A stretch of 64,000 nt of DNA from Chrysomallon squamiferum (GCA_012295275.1 CM022671.1:3782001-3846000); one strand, 5' to 3'; positions 35,266 through 50,019 are shown, counted from the first letter of the stretch. Notes: generated by a model not told the origin, from the letters alone. Program-made: numbers and translations.

Positions 35266-36782
35266 CTAGAAAAACAAAGCACATTTCTGTTTTACTTATA
35301 ATAATAATGTATTATTTTTCACCAAGATAACAGGAAAAAAAAAAAAAACCCAGATAATCAGCTAATATTAGTATTACTAATATCTGATTTTTCTCCAGAT
35401 ATTAATTCATCTGGTGAAGGGTATGAAAATTAATAATAATGTGTAATTTTTCTCTTAATTTTAATTTAAATATACAAGGAAATAAAACTAATAATAATGT
35501 GTAAGTTTTCTCCAGGTTTTAGTTCAAATATGTAAAAATATAAATAATGATAACTATGCTATTTTTCTCCACGTTTTGGAGAGTATGTAAAGTAATAATA
35601 ATTCATAATTTTCCTCCTGGTTTCAATTCAGATAAGAAACAAATATAATATATTATTCAGAATTAATTCAGCTATGGTGTGTGACATAAATAATCTGTTA
35701 TTTTTTAGGACTTTCTGTTGACAAAGTACAGTGTGATAATCATAGACGAGGCTCATGAACGCAGCGTCTACACAGACATTCTCATTGGTTTACTCTCACG
35801 AATTGTTCCTCTCAGACACAAGGTAAAGTATTTACATTTACACACAGAAAGTATTTACATTTACACACAGAAAGTATTTATTATATTTACACACAAAAAG
35901 TATTTATTTATATTTATAACTAGTATTTATTTACATTTATAACAAAAAGTATTTATTTAAATTTATAACAAAAAGTATTTATATTTACGCATTGAAAGTA
36001 TTTGTTATATTTACACATAAAAAGTATTTATTTACATTTACACATTATTTTTGTGCTGGGGTGTAGTTAAACAAAAAAAACATTGCATACATTTAACAAG
36101 TTTACCCTTTATGTTGACAAATGATCTGATATTATTAAAGTTTGATATAGTTCTCTCTACATTTTAATCAGTTGGTGATGTGTGACATCTATTTTATATA
36201 TGCTCTTCAAATGATTTATTTAAATTAAATTTTAAATTTATGAAGATTATTGAACTCTGACACATTTAACTCTGTATCATAACCAGTAGTTGAAATATTT
36301 AACTTTATATGATAAGCAATAATTGAAACATATTTTCCATTTCTTTATTTTTATTTTTAATTTATATTGTATTGTCTTGTATTGAATTGTATTGTTCTAT
36401 TTCTTAAATTTGTTTTTAATTTTTAAATTTTGTTTTCATATATGAAAAGGTTAATATCTATTTTGTCTACATATTAATAATATGTCTTTCACTGAAATAT
36501 GTACCATGGAAAATAACTAATTTTAAACTGGAACAACAAATGAATTTAACTGTGAGTTGAACACACAAAGCATGTTTCTGAAATATCAAATATTTCAGTA
36601 CATTAATAATAGAATATTATTGTTGGAGGAAAAATGTTATGTTTGTGTCTTCTATTTCAGAGAGGAAACCCACTAAAACTGATTATAATGTCTGCTACTT
36701 TGAGGGTTGAGGATTTTACAGAAAATAAACGACTTTTTAAAATCACACCACCTGTAATCAAGGTAGATATGTTTAAATCATC

Positions 36783-36858
<76 letters not shown>

Positions 36859-38724
36859 GAATAATAATCAGGAGAAGAACAGAAGGAAAACAAATTATTA
36901 TTATTATTACCATCATCAACATTATCATGACCATATAATGAATGTCAAGCATATTTTCACTAAGACAGGAAATTTATTCAACATAAATAATCTGTAGTTT
37001 AAATATCAAATATTTTATTTTTCTTAAAAAGCTTGCCAAATATTAAAAGTCATATAATGCACATGAAGAGAAAATAGTGAAATAATTAAACATTTTCCTT
37101 CAGATTGATTCTCGTCAGTTTCCAGTGACAATTCACTTCAACAAAAAAACTCCAGTAGATGATTATCTGTCTGACACTTACAAAAAGGTTTGTCTATCTG
37201 TCTGTCTGTCTGTCTGTGCGTCTATGTGTCTATCATATAAAAAACCCAATAATCAACCAAGTGCAGGGATGCATAAATATGTGAATAAATAAATAAATAC
37301 ATATGGATAGTTTGATTCAAAATTAATAATCTTGATTATTTATATAATAATAACTACTAAAAAAATAATAATAATACATTTTGGTTTCAGGGGTACTTGT
37401 TTATAATCCAGCAGTTTTCATTTGGACAAGTTATTATGAACTGATACTTTTAAATACTTTTACTTGCTAAATAAATTTTTATTATTTTTAATTAGTGTCT
37501 GTTACATGTCAAAGTTTTTCAGTACTCCAGACAAAAAATTAATTAATTAATTTATTTATTTATTGATGTATTTTATTTTTATTAATATATATATATATTT
37601 TTTTTAAAGATTTGTAAGATTCACAGACAACTGCCAGAAGGAGGGATTCTTGTGTTTGTCACAGGACAACAGGAAGTACACACCTTAATCAGAAAACTGA
37701 AACGAACATTTCCATACAAACCAGGCACAGGTTTGATTTTTACCACAAAAAATAAATAAATAAACATTGAAATTTTACTTCTAATGATTCTCTACAATTT
37801 GAAATATATTAATGATGTTAAAATTTTTTTTTTTTTTTCATCATAGTTAATTGTATTAATTTAAATATGTGTCAGAATTAGAGTGCCATCTACAGTTTTT
37901 CTAACCATTTTGGCCAATATTATTCTTATGCTTAACCAATGGAACATTAATTTTGTGAAAATTTAATTTTTAAGAATTGTGATCCCAAATACATTTATAA
38001 CAGAATGGTAAAAAAAACTTTTTGCTTTATTGTTTTGTTGTTGATTTATTATTTTTAATTAATTTTTTATATAATTTTTATTATTTTTTATTTCTACATT
38101 ATACATTTTGTAATAAATTGGAATAATTGTTGATTTCTACAGTTACATTTTGTTTTACTTTTTTTGTATCTGAAGATCATTTAAAATGAGAATATTTTTA
38201 TTTATTTAAATTAGTACGTTGGTTTTGTTGGGACTTTTTGGTGGGGAAGATGGTTAATTCTGCAAATAAGTAGTTTTTAGCACCAGTTTTATTCTTACTT
38301 TGATAAAAAAATAAAAAATCATTTTGCAGTTTCTGAAAGTAAACCCAAAACTGAATCGAGAAGAAAGAAGAAGAAAAAAACTGAAACAACAGAACTTCCT
38401 AAAGTTAATCTCAATAAGTATGTTATCAGTTTTACATCTCTGCTAAATATGTAGCTAATTAATAGGTGTAATTATTCATATTTTATCAAGAACAACAGTT
38501 TGTTTTGATGTTGTGGTCTGAGACACTATTTAGAATCATAACAAAACTGGCCGATGCATTGCTTATGTTCCTTTTTTTATGTGCCAGTAGCAAACGTTAT
38601 TACATTTAGTTGCTTTTAGTTGTGTAAATTATGCAGGTATGTTAAAACATTTTTATTTCCTGAAGATTATATGTAGTTTGAGCTGTTTTTGTGTTCTAAT
38701 AAGTATTATTGTGAATTTATGTAT

Positions 38725-38759
<35 letters not shown>

Positions 38760-39853
38760 TTATGCTGGTGATTATCTATAGCTATAGCTATCATTGTAAT
38801 ATTGTGGATATTCTGATATAGCTATATTATTTATTTGTTTGTTTGTTTACTAAATAAATGATAGCAACAATGATAACAATATCATATTCAAAAGAAAGAA
38901 AAAAACAAATTATAAAAATAAAATAAATATTTTTTGAAAAATTGTACCTATATAAATAAACAAATAATTATGTATACTAATGTTAAAATATTTTCAGATT
39001 CTTGTAGTCAACTAACTATAAAATGGTCACAAATTAATTTATTTCTTCTGTTTTATTTAAAAAAATATTATTTTAATACTTTTTTATTGTAGTTATTCTG
39101 CACAACCTCTTGATGAAGAAGCAGATTTGGATTTAGATGATAATTCTGATGATGATAATCCATTTAAATTTCAATTCAGATGATGAACAGGCTGAGGTAA
39201 TTCTTTTACATTTTAATTACAGGGTTAAAGTTTAAATAGTTATTAAACAGATAATTTCAAAAACTTCATATAATGTAAATTTCCACCTGATATAATATGT
39301 GTACTTGAAAGAGATTGCATCATTTGTCTGTTCTTAAAATTTAAGTAGCATAAAAATAATTAATTAAAGCATTTTTGGTATATTTCTGATGATTGTTGTT
39401 GTTATTTTGACACATATTGTTTGTTAATAATAAATTTAATGAAGTAAAAGGGTGTTTTTTTTGTTCTATTTAGAATGATGAAAACAGTACATGTGACTCA
39501 GAAAACCCACTTTACGTTCTTCCACTGTATTCACTTCTCTCTAGTGAAAAACAAACAAAGGTGAGAAATTTTTATTAACTTTTCTTTTCATTTCTGATGT
39601 TGATACTGCTTGACAAACCATCATGTTTCTATTTTATTTATTTTCAAGTACAAGTATTTTAATATGTACAAGTTCTTAATTTATCACCATTTGTCCGTCA
39701 AACTTTATTTTTGAGCAGATCGCAATTCAGTAGTATTATATTGGTCTGTGAAGCACAGTTTGTCACAGTCTTTCTTGTTGATACTTCAGACTATTTTCCA
39801 ACCCAGAGCTCTGCAAATATTTTTATTAAAGGACATTGTTATTGGTTTTTTGT

Positions 39854-39919
<66 letters not shown>

Positions 39920-42900
39920 TATTTAATTAACTAAATTAATTAATTATTTATTATCTATTTTCTATTTATTTATTTATTTCTATTTCTATTATCTATCTAT
40001 CTATCTATTTCTATTTATTTATTTATGTATTTCAGGTGTTTGATCCTCCCCCAGCAAACTGTAGACTTTGTGTTATTTCTACAAACGTTGCTGAGACATC
40101 ACTGACAATACCAAACATAAAATATGTTGTAGATACTGGCAAGGTATTTTTTTTTTAAATTATTATTTTACTTTTTAGTTTTACTTGTTTTGTTTTTTAT
40201 CTTAATATTCTTTTTCAAATCTTCTTTTAGTTAATTTAAAAAAAAAAAAAATATTTCATTTCTTTTCCTTTTATTAATTTTATTTTATTTTTTGGGAATC
40301 CATTTTTTTTTTTTTTTTCTTTTGTACTTCTTGTTGTTCTATTTTGTTCCATCAAAATAATTTTCTAGCATTTGGTATAAATTAACAAAAAAAAAAAAAA
40401 AAATCATAATAATAATAATAAGAAAAGGAATAATAAAAAAAGAATAATAATGAAAAATAAGAAAGACAAAAATCTAATATATCAATTTATTTGAAAATAA
40501 TTTTATTCAGGTGAAAACTAAGTTCTATGACAAAGTGACGGGCGTGTCAACATTTAAAATAACTTGGACCTCACAGGCATCAGCCAATCAGAGAGCTGGG
40601 CGGGCTGGGCGAGTGGCACCTGGACATTGTTACAGGTAACTCGTTAAATCATTGACACAGGTAACATTTAGTTCATTGTTACACGTAATGGTTTTAGATT
40701 CTTGTTACAGGTAATAATTTTTTCTGTTCATTGTCATAGGTAAATGTTCATCATTTGTTAATTAAAACTTTCTTTTTCTTTCTTTTAAGAGTTTAAAATG
40801 TAGTAGTCTCTCTCTCATTTAAAAAAAGTACATACATATTTTTATTTTTTTATTTTATAGGTTATATTCTTCAGCTGTTTTCAATGATGACTTTGAAAAG
40901 TTTTCACCTCCAGAAATTACTAGACGACCTGTAGATGACCTTGTCCTGCAAATGAAGGTCAAATACGTTGTTGTTATAAATTCAGTGTCTGTAGAGTTAC
41001 ATTTTGTTTTCATTTTCCTTTGATTCACTGGTACATTATTTTTGTAAATTGATTATATTGTGTGCAGTGTATAGTCATCAAAATGTGAAAAAGAAATGTT
41101 AAAGTATAACACTTAACAAAAAAAATCTTAAGATTATATTTATTTATTTATAATATTTATTTATTTATTCACAGGACATGAATATTGACAAAGTGATCAA
41201 TTTTCCCTTTCCTACACCTCCAGCCATAGAGCAGATTAAGGTTTGTAAATTTTTATTTATATTTGTTAACACTTGATTTGAAAAATAACATTAAATTTGT
41301 GACAGAATTAATTTGATAACATCATGCTTGATATTCAGTAAACTGTTTTTTAAAAAGTTTTGGACACAATGGTTTGATATAACAACAATATAAAATGTTT
41401 ATAGCATTACCCAAAATATATTCTGACAACAGCTATTAAAAGTAATGGTTTCTTAATTAAAAATTAAATTTTAATTTTGCAGGCAGCAGAGAAGTTGCTG
41501 ACAGCACTGGGAGCCCTGACACACCCAGCCCCAACCCGAACAGCAGAAGAAAGGGGACAAGGTTTGTGTTTTTTCTGACAAATGAACTTAAGTAACAGAT
41601 AATCTTGAACTAGTGCAGATCAGAAGCATGCAGTGTGAAATCTGTCAAAATATAAATTTAAACCTAATTTTTAATTATCCTAATATTGTGAATTTAAAAA
41701 AGTAATATTTAATATATTTAAAAAAATATATAAATAAATAAAAATAATGATATTATTATCAACAGTAAAAATAAATAAATAAATATATAAAAATATGAAA
41801 GCAATTTAAATAATAAAAGTAGATAATCTTGGCATTGTTATTTGTAATCTGAGAAAAAAAATTGGTAATAATAATAGTGTATAATAAAAAAATAATTTTA
41901 AAAGTACAAAAATTATAATAATAATAAAATGAAGCTGATGATGATACTGAATATGATAATCATAACAGCAATGGCAAATCAGATGTACCTAGTATTTGTT
42001 CACCATTTTGATCTGATTTAACAATAAATAAATAAATAATTAAATTTTCAGATTTTACAAGAACAATCACACCACTTGGTAAGACAATGGCAAAGTTCCC
42101 TGTGTCTCCGAGGTATGCGAAGATGTTGGTGTTGGGGCAGAAACATGACCTCTTGCCCTACATCATCACCATTGTGTCTGCTCTCTCTGTTGATGAACTT
42201 TTCACAGACATACATAATTCTGGTCTCACAGATAAAGATGTAAGTGCAAAAATCTGTGACTTTAATTATCAGGAAATATATCAGTATTTGATTTTACTTT
42301 TTAATCTGTTTTTATTAATTAAGAAATTGTTAAGAAGGTGATGAATTAATCTTATATTTTTATGGTGTGTCACATAATACAAATAAAAGTAAATGTTCAT
42401 ACCAATTGAAAAAATGAATTTTAAAGCATTTATCTTTTATTGTAAGCAAATTGTTTAAATAACATTTGATATACTTATAATTGTTTTAAATTTAGTTTTT
42501 TGTTATTAATTTTAACATGTATGTATTTTTTCCTTTTGATCCTGTTCATTACTTTATTGCTATTGTTAATATTTTAGTTAAAATTTTTTATTAAAAATTT
42601 GGGAATACTTGGATACACTGATACATTCTTGGAACAGGGTTGTCCCATAAGTTCTATAAATTAAAAAGTTTTAGTTACCAAGCAACATCCTTGAATGTGA
42701 TTGCTTTTTTTGTTTTTTCAGAAAGAAGATTTCAAACAGAAGATAAACACAAGTGTTCAGATCAGAAAACTCTGGGCAGGATTTGTATGTTTTGTTTTTA
42801 TTTTTCTGACTTTTTTTGCTATTTATTTGTTTAGTTTTTATGTTGCATTTTAATTTGAAGAATTGTCATAGGTATTAAGGGTCACATGATCAGTTTTTCC

Positions 42901-44260
42901 CACTGAAGACAGTGCTCTGTGATTTGCATGTAAATCATTTCTGTTTATGGGGTGGTGCATGCACAAGATTTCTTGCTGCTAATAAAATAAATTTTCTTCT
43001 TCTATTATTATCACTGTGCTAAAAGTAAATCATCTTTTATATTTAACAATGGTTAATAACGAAATGTTTGTTAACAAATACTTCTTCAAAATATACTTTA
43101 TTTGAATATTTTAAAACTATTTTTTTTATATTTCAGGGTAACTCTTTTCTGCTGGGAGACTTGATGGTGCTGCTGAAGGCAGTGGGTTCGTGTGAGTTTG
43201 AGGGCTTCTCACTCGAGTTCTGTAACAAATACGGTCTACGTTACAAAGCCATGAAAGAAATCAGAAAACTGAGAAATCAGCTCACAAATACAGGTATCTG
43301 TCTCTCTCTCTGTCTGTGTCTGTGTCTCTGTCTGTCTGTCTGCTGTTGTTTGTTTGTATGTAAGTTTCTTTCTCATTCCCAACATTTGATTGTCTAATTA
43401 TCTGTCAGTTAATCTGGTGCAGATCTCTTATTTAATCACTTTATTTATTTATCCATGTACCTCTCTACTTCTGTATTGGTGTATAAATTAATATCTGTTT
43501 CTCTCTATCTCTCTGTCTATCTGTCTGTCTGTCTGTCTATCTAATCTATCTATCTCTTGTTCTGTCTTTGTGTATCTCTCTCTGTCTCTCTCTCTCTCTT
43601 TATTTTTCAAACTTTCATTTTACATACATACCTGTGTCACTGTATAATTAAATACATAAAAATTACATATTTATCTCTCGTTTTCTTAGCATTCATGTAA
43701 AAGCAGGTAGTTTTATTTAATGCTGTTGATGTTGTTGTTTACAGTGAACATCGTCCTACCAGGCGCTAACGTCTGTGTAGACCCAAAAATGAGTCCACCT
43801 ACTGACTCCCAGTGCGCTCAGCTGAGGCAAATAGTCCTCACAGGCTTAGCCGACCATGTTGCTAAGTAAGAACCTTTTTTTTTTTATATATAAAAGTTTC
43901 TTGTATGTGTTTAATATTAACTTTTCAGTTTGACAGAAATGAAACACAAAAAGTTCAAATAATTAATATATTTTTGATCATTTTTTTAAAATCAGAATTT
44001 CTCTTTTACTCCATGATTGCCTTGTATAGATATATCACTGAACTGGTGTGTTTTACAAATTGTCTGTAATATAAGAATAACAGTTTTACCCTATTTTCTC
44101 ATGTAAAAGTCACACTGTAAGTATTAACTTGAAAACTGTATACACGAAATATGATTATAATGATCATAAATGAAAACTTAAAACATTTGTCTACTAATAC
44201 TTATTTGTTACATATACTACATACAAAGACTAAATGACACACATACACACACGAACACAA

Positions 44261-44317
<57 letters not shown>

Positions 44318-44796
44318 GACATTTAACAGACAGAAACATAGATAATTTCTATTAAATGTATGATATACGTGCTAAAATAAGCTCTGGATTTCTCAGATCT
44401 GTTTATCAACATTTTTTATATTCAGTCTACATATAAAAATGTGTGACTTACAGATGAGTAAGTATGGTAAAGTAAACATTCAAAATTAAAAAAAATAATA
44501 ATAATAATTTTACAGGAGATGTCCTGATCCACTTCCTGATGCAGATGAAGCTGCGAAAAAACTGAAAAATGCTTATCAGGTAAACTATTAAAAACAAATT
44601 AATTTCATTTTATAAAGTAGTTAAAATTAAAAAGTGGATTTTGTTTTTGAGAGAATTTTAAAATTCTGTTATTTAAGTTGAAAAAATGTGTATTAGTTTC
44701 ATTTTTAATGAAATTTAAATAAAAAAATAAAATGAATGAATTCTTATTGAGACCTATATATACTTTTAGATATTATCAAGTACAGTGGCTGCTTTC

Positions 44797-44853
<57 letters not shown>

Positions 44854-46068
44854 GTAATAATAATAATAACAGTAACAATAGTAATCATTAACAACAAGAA
44901 CAACAACAGTACAGCAGTAATAATAATAATAATAACAGCCTGTGGTCAGTTTATCCTAAAATGAACTTATTCTTTATACTTCTGTAGTTGTGAAAAAAAC
45001 AAAAACATTTAATTCTTCAGAGTATGGACTTGGAAGACCCAGTGTACATTCATCCATTGTCTGTGCTGTACAGAGAGAAACCACAGTTTGTTGTGTATCA
45101 GCATGTGATAGAGACAACCAAGCTGTACATGAGAGGTGAGAGTAATCACGAAAAGTTAAAAAACAAGACAAACCAAAACGCCTGGGGATGTATAGTCTGA
45201 TATATAGGTAATAACTGGTTTATTGTTTTAAGATGTCGGTGAAGGTGAAACTGGCAGAGCCTCACTTCATTGGGCTGTTCAATCTCAGCAGAATAAATCT
45301 CATATCTTAGAAGAGTAATCAGTTATTTGTTTCATTGTGCAGTCCTAAATAATACAAGCACTAAATGAAATAAAATTTTTTATTCTTCAGCTGATTGTTC
45401 ATGACAGGAATAGATTCATACATACCTATTTTGTTGGCACCTAAAAAGATTGTACATCAAAACAAAATAGTTCTTAAATATCAACAGTTTATAGTTATTT
45501 TTGAAATGTTGTCTGTTTTAGAAATGGCCTTTTTAAGATCTAAACCAGCAATAGAACACGATATATAAATGTTTGTAAAAACCAGGTAATTAAATCTTGT
45601 TAATGTATTATTATTATTATTTAATTTTGTTTTATATTATTATTATTATTCTTTTTTATTATTGTTATTATTTAGGTTTTATATGGTGTGCAATTACAAT
45701 TTCAAAACTATTTTAAATAATTATATTTTTTTAATTTTTAGGTGTTGTTGCTATTGAACCTGAATGGCTTCCCATGTATGCTCCATTTTACACAACATTT
45801 TCTAAACCTCTCGAAAAGCCATCACCAGTTTTTGATGAGGTCACAGGTCAAGTTACATGTCACATGACAAGCTGTTATGGTACGTATCTTTTATTGAAAC
45901 ACACATTATTATTGCTATTATTTTATTATTACTACTACTGCTACTACTACTATTATTATTATTATTATTATTGTTACTACTATTATTATTTTGTTTTTAT
46001 TAAGATTATATTTCTGCATATTGACACTGATTTTTTAAAAATAGTTGTTTTTTATCTATTTTATCATC

Positions 46069-46133
<65 letters not shown>

Positions 46134-47008
46134 TTGATAAATACATACATACATATGTTTTGTGTGTGTTTGTGTGTGTTTTGATAAATACATACATAAA
46201 TAAATAGATAAATATATAATCTATATTTATTATTATTATATTTTAAATCAGGTCCACTGAGATGGGATGTTGAAGCAGTATCAGTTGAGTTCCCCACTGG
46301 ACTGGACAAGTACAGGTGGTTTGCCAGGTTCCTGCTAGAGGGCGCTGTGATACCAGGATTGCAGAAGTACATTCCATCGTTACTGTCAACACCGTCCACC
46401 ATGGTCAAGTCTTGGGCTAAGTAAGTTTTGTGTTTTACTGGGAGGTTCAAGGAATATCGACCCTGGCTTAAATTGTTTAAAATTTACTTTTAATTATGGC
46501 TTTTATGTTTGTATTTCACTGTGAAGTTATTTATTTTAATTCCTTTATTGGTTTTAAGTATGATTTTTTGTACGTATATGTGTACGTACAGACAGACAGA
46601 CAGACAGACAGATATAAAATGGTGAAATTACTGTAACTTTTATATTTTATTATAAATTATTTAATAGTTGAAGTTTGCATTTGAAATAATAAACATATGT
46701 ATTGTTATGTTTTTAACTGAATTTTTATGTTTCAAGACTATTAGTAAATTTACTGTAATTAATCTTTCAGAAATTCTCTGATTTTTTTTTTGAGTGATTT
46801 ATTTTTGACAGAGTTGTCCAGTGTTGCTAAAAATAAAATTTGAATATTTTTCAGATTGCAGCCAAGAACAGAAACTTTGCTGAAAGCTTTGGTTAGTGAA
46901 AGCGTTGATTGTCGAGATGCACTGTTAAAAGCATGGAAGAAAAATCCAAAATGTAAATACCTTTAACAAAAGTACTTAATATATAGATTTAATCATTATT
47001 TAATGAAG

Positions 47009-47043
<35 letters not shown>

Positions 47044-47356
47044 TTTTTTTTTTTTATTTAATGTGCACATAATTTTTTACAGAAGTTAATTCATTAACAA
47101 TTAACTTTTTAAGATTTTTAACAATAATAAAAATATGTAAAAAGATTAGCAAAAAGTTAAATATATATATGACTTATATTTTTTTTTTGACATTTTTGTT
47201 AGTTCACAGTTCATTACTCTCTTAAATCAAGATTAGTTATTTAGTTATTTTATTTTATTTTACTCAGATTTGCTCAAAGCCTACAGTGAGTGGTTGCCAC
47301 AAGGCACTCACATGGAACTTGAGTTAAAATGGCCGCCAATAGAGAAAACTTCATGA
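30726..47356 (+). CDS. DHX37: DEAH-box RNA helicase DHX37 (Dhr1/kurz ortholog), 29 exons; apparent +1 frameshift in exon 13
   Basis: Exons: 30726-30806, 31457-31651, 32130-32230, 32983-33382, 33796-33944, 34474-34566, 34981-35077, 35709-35822, 36661-36762, 37104-37187, 37610-37730, 38330-38417, 39093-39196, 39474-39560, 40036-40143, 40511-40635, 40861-40957, 41175-41240, 41483-41561, 42052-42239, 42722-42784, 43137-43293, 43745-43865, 44516-44579, 45021-45135, 45742-45879, 46252-46420, 46855-46952, 47268-47356. Helicase motifs [54 protein letters not shown]37-type segments: N-terminal [36 protein letters not shown]. Confidence 0.96.
34185..34261 (+). other. Intronic hairpin with a 35-bp stem and short loop (DHX37 intron 5)
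   Basis: acagtatcagcatgtttactttgaagtacaaaaag pairs with ttttttgtatttcaaaataagcatgctgatactgt: 31 Watson-Crick, 3 G-U, 1 C-A. Confidence 0.8.
35300..35640. repeat. Degenerate 50-60-bp repeat (taataatgtgtaatttttctccag) in DHX37 intron 7
   Basis: ttttctcc(ag) cores recur near 35390, 35447, 35506, 35562 and 35609. Confidence 0.6.
35815..36045. repeat. Degenerate 23-27-bp minisatellite (acacacagaaagtatttacattt) directly after DHX37 exon 8
   Basis: About 8 visible copies of aaagtattta...tttacaca. Confidence 0.8.
36784..36868. repeat. (AAT)n microsatellite
   Basis: Direct reading. Similar (AAT/ATT/TAC)n tracts occur at about 3725-3776, 19875-19918, 32890-32947, 39855-39916, 44799-44870, 52480-52530, 54398-54470 and 57791-57873. 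Confidence 0.95.
40625..40745 (+). repeat. 5 degenerate tandem copies of the DHX37 exon-16 donor (CATTGTTACAG|GTAA)
   Basis: GT positions at 40636, 40661, 40685, 40711 and 40740, each preceded by a catt/cttg-..acag-like sequence. Confidence 0.8.
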
Positions 47357-47917
47357 TGTTAATAAAGAAAGTTCTGGAACAAGCAACTTTTTATCTGAAC
47401 CTTCTGCAGAATCTGAGCATTTCCATGGAGATTTGATCAGTACATAACGTTTTATATTCATTATAGAAATTCTAAAAATAGGACTGAGTACCTAAATGGT
47501 AACCAGGTCCTAATGATCAACAGTTACATGAAAGGTCCCGTGATGTAACTGTTGCCATGGAGATAAATGTTATTAAAATCAGTGCACAATGCCAGATTCT
47601 ACTTTATCCGTGGCAGAATTTATGACAGATTACAAATTAAAACAAATTAAATTTTGTACATAAATGTGTAAATCTAGTTTTATAAAATACTAAACATTTG
47701 ATGTTTGAAAATATCGACATTTAAATAATGATACATTAAGATTCATGAAAATTTTAACAATGAAATTAGATATTAAAATTCACGTGTATGTGCATGCATG
47801 CATGCATGCGTGCAGAGATATATTGTACTTGAAATATATAATTTTATTTATATGTATGTTTGTACATATATATATATATATATATATACATATATATTTT
47901 ACAGTATTGTACAATAC

Positions 47918-47948
<31 letters not shown>

Positions 47949-49052
47949 GTTTTATCATTTGCTCTTGTTGCTAAATTTTATCGTCCAGAAATGTAGAAAA
48001 ATTCGGATTATTTTGGAAATAGTGCTTTTATTGTCCCAGAAGCTATCAGTTATTTAGGAATGTGATAGCTCTGACATACATACTGTGCACGTGTCTGTAA
48101 GTCCGTGATTACGTGCTCTTGTGAGTGTACAGATAAGAAACCCACTACCGCCTATCATTTGCATGCAGAAATATGGACAGAAAAGACGTTCATAAATTTC
48201 AAGATTAAAAATATAAAATCCACAGCAGATATATCTATGACATTATCTCACATATACATGTCAGATTTTGTCATTTTTTTGTCAGTTTATGCATACTATA
48301 AATTCAAAAAAGGAGGAAGAGAAATAATTCTGAAAAGAAAGAATCTTCAACATTCTGACGTATTTTTTAAAATATATCTGAACGAACCCTGAGGCGTTTT
48401 GGGAAAATGTGAAATCACACGTGCTTTAATTCACATCTGATCATCGAACTCGCAAAATGGGAAAACGAGATCGACAACGTACGGCGTGTGTGTGTGTGTG
48501 TGTGTGTGTGAATGCATTTCGTCATACCTCAAAAGAATTTTCCCTTAATCAAACCACAAGATTAAGAGTAAACGAATAAAAAAAACCACACGAATATATA
48601 ATGAATAAATGAATGAAGTATATATATATAAAAAAAAAAAAATTAAAAAAAATTAGACGTCACAGAGAGGTTATTGTGAATGAATTAACTTTCAAGACGA
48701 AATATGTTTTACTGCGCTTAAGAGAAACTACTCAAATTTTTTTGTTAAAAAAAAAGAAGAAGACAAAAACTGACTGCTTTTGTCTCAGGTTTGTATATTA
48801 ATTACCGAGATAGAAAGACAGACAGACGGATATATTGCTTTTCGTAAATATGGATATCGCGTCAAAATTGTACGGCTATTCATACTATGAAATAATAAAA
48901 AAAAAAAAAAAAAAAATAATAATAATAATAATAATAATAATATAATAATAATAAAATAAATAAAACGAACAGAATAGACGAAATAATTTGAAAATATTTT
49001 ATTTAATAAAATAAAAAGTTTTGCCGGTAGTCAAGAAATCAAAGTTCGATGG

Positions 49053-49922
49053 TCATGTGACGTCTTTAAAAAACGTTTCAAGAGGCACGTGCATCTGTTG
49101 TATTAAGTAGGCATAATTAGGTTCTGAAAAATTAACAAATAATAATAAATGAATGATGATGATGATGATGATAATAATAATAATAATAATAATAACAACA
49201 AAAAATGTCCACTTGGTCAGTAAATACATAATTATTTGCAAAGTCCCAAACGAAGGTCTGAACATTATTTCTTTAATTCTGGTCACCAGTTCCGCAAATT
49301 CGTTATCTGATCTTTTCTGACTTACTTAGGGAACCTGAATCTGGCTGTACCAGTCACGTGATATAATGTTTATATAAAATAATGTGACCCTGCTGGTTTA
49401 CAAACAGGTAAATAACCGAAATAGCCAGTGATTACATTAATTTTGTGACGTAAACAAGTCACAAAAAAAATTACATTATTATAATTATTATAAGGCAAAG
49501 AAATTCTTAAAACCAAATAGTTAAATAGCTAGATGTAAAAATCACCATTTTATAAATCCTATAACATAACGAAATGCTTAAGAAGAAACAGTTAAATCGC
49601 TAGAAAGGCCTGCTTTAAGAACTGAAAATTGCATCCTTAATGAAGTTTATTTTACCTTCATCTGGGGTAATGAATCCATGACGAATCATAAAATCCAAAA
49701 TAACTAGAGCACAGTTTGGTTTAAACTCGTCTGATACAATCAGTGACTTCAGCTGAAACAAACAAAACACACAACGTTTATTTATTTTCAATTATTCTAT
49801 AATCATCTTGGTAGAGGAATACCATTTCGAGCATCATTTACGTCATTTCCGTTTGGACAAGGTGCTCCGATTATTGAAATGGAATCAGTATTTTTGTTTG
49901 GTTTTAAAATTAAACGAATATA

Positions 49923-50019
<97 letters not shown>

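Noticed and set aside
38505-38640. H/ACA snoRNA-like two-hairpin layout in DHX37 intron 12 (also 42879-42970)
   Set aside because: The H box and terminal ACA cannot both be placed at canonical positions.
30726-47356. DHX37 as a pseudogene
   Set aside because: There is a single indel in a low-complexity acidic exon, while all other exons, splice sites and catalytic motifs are intact.
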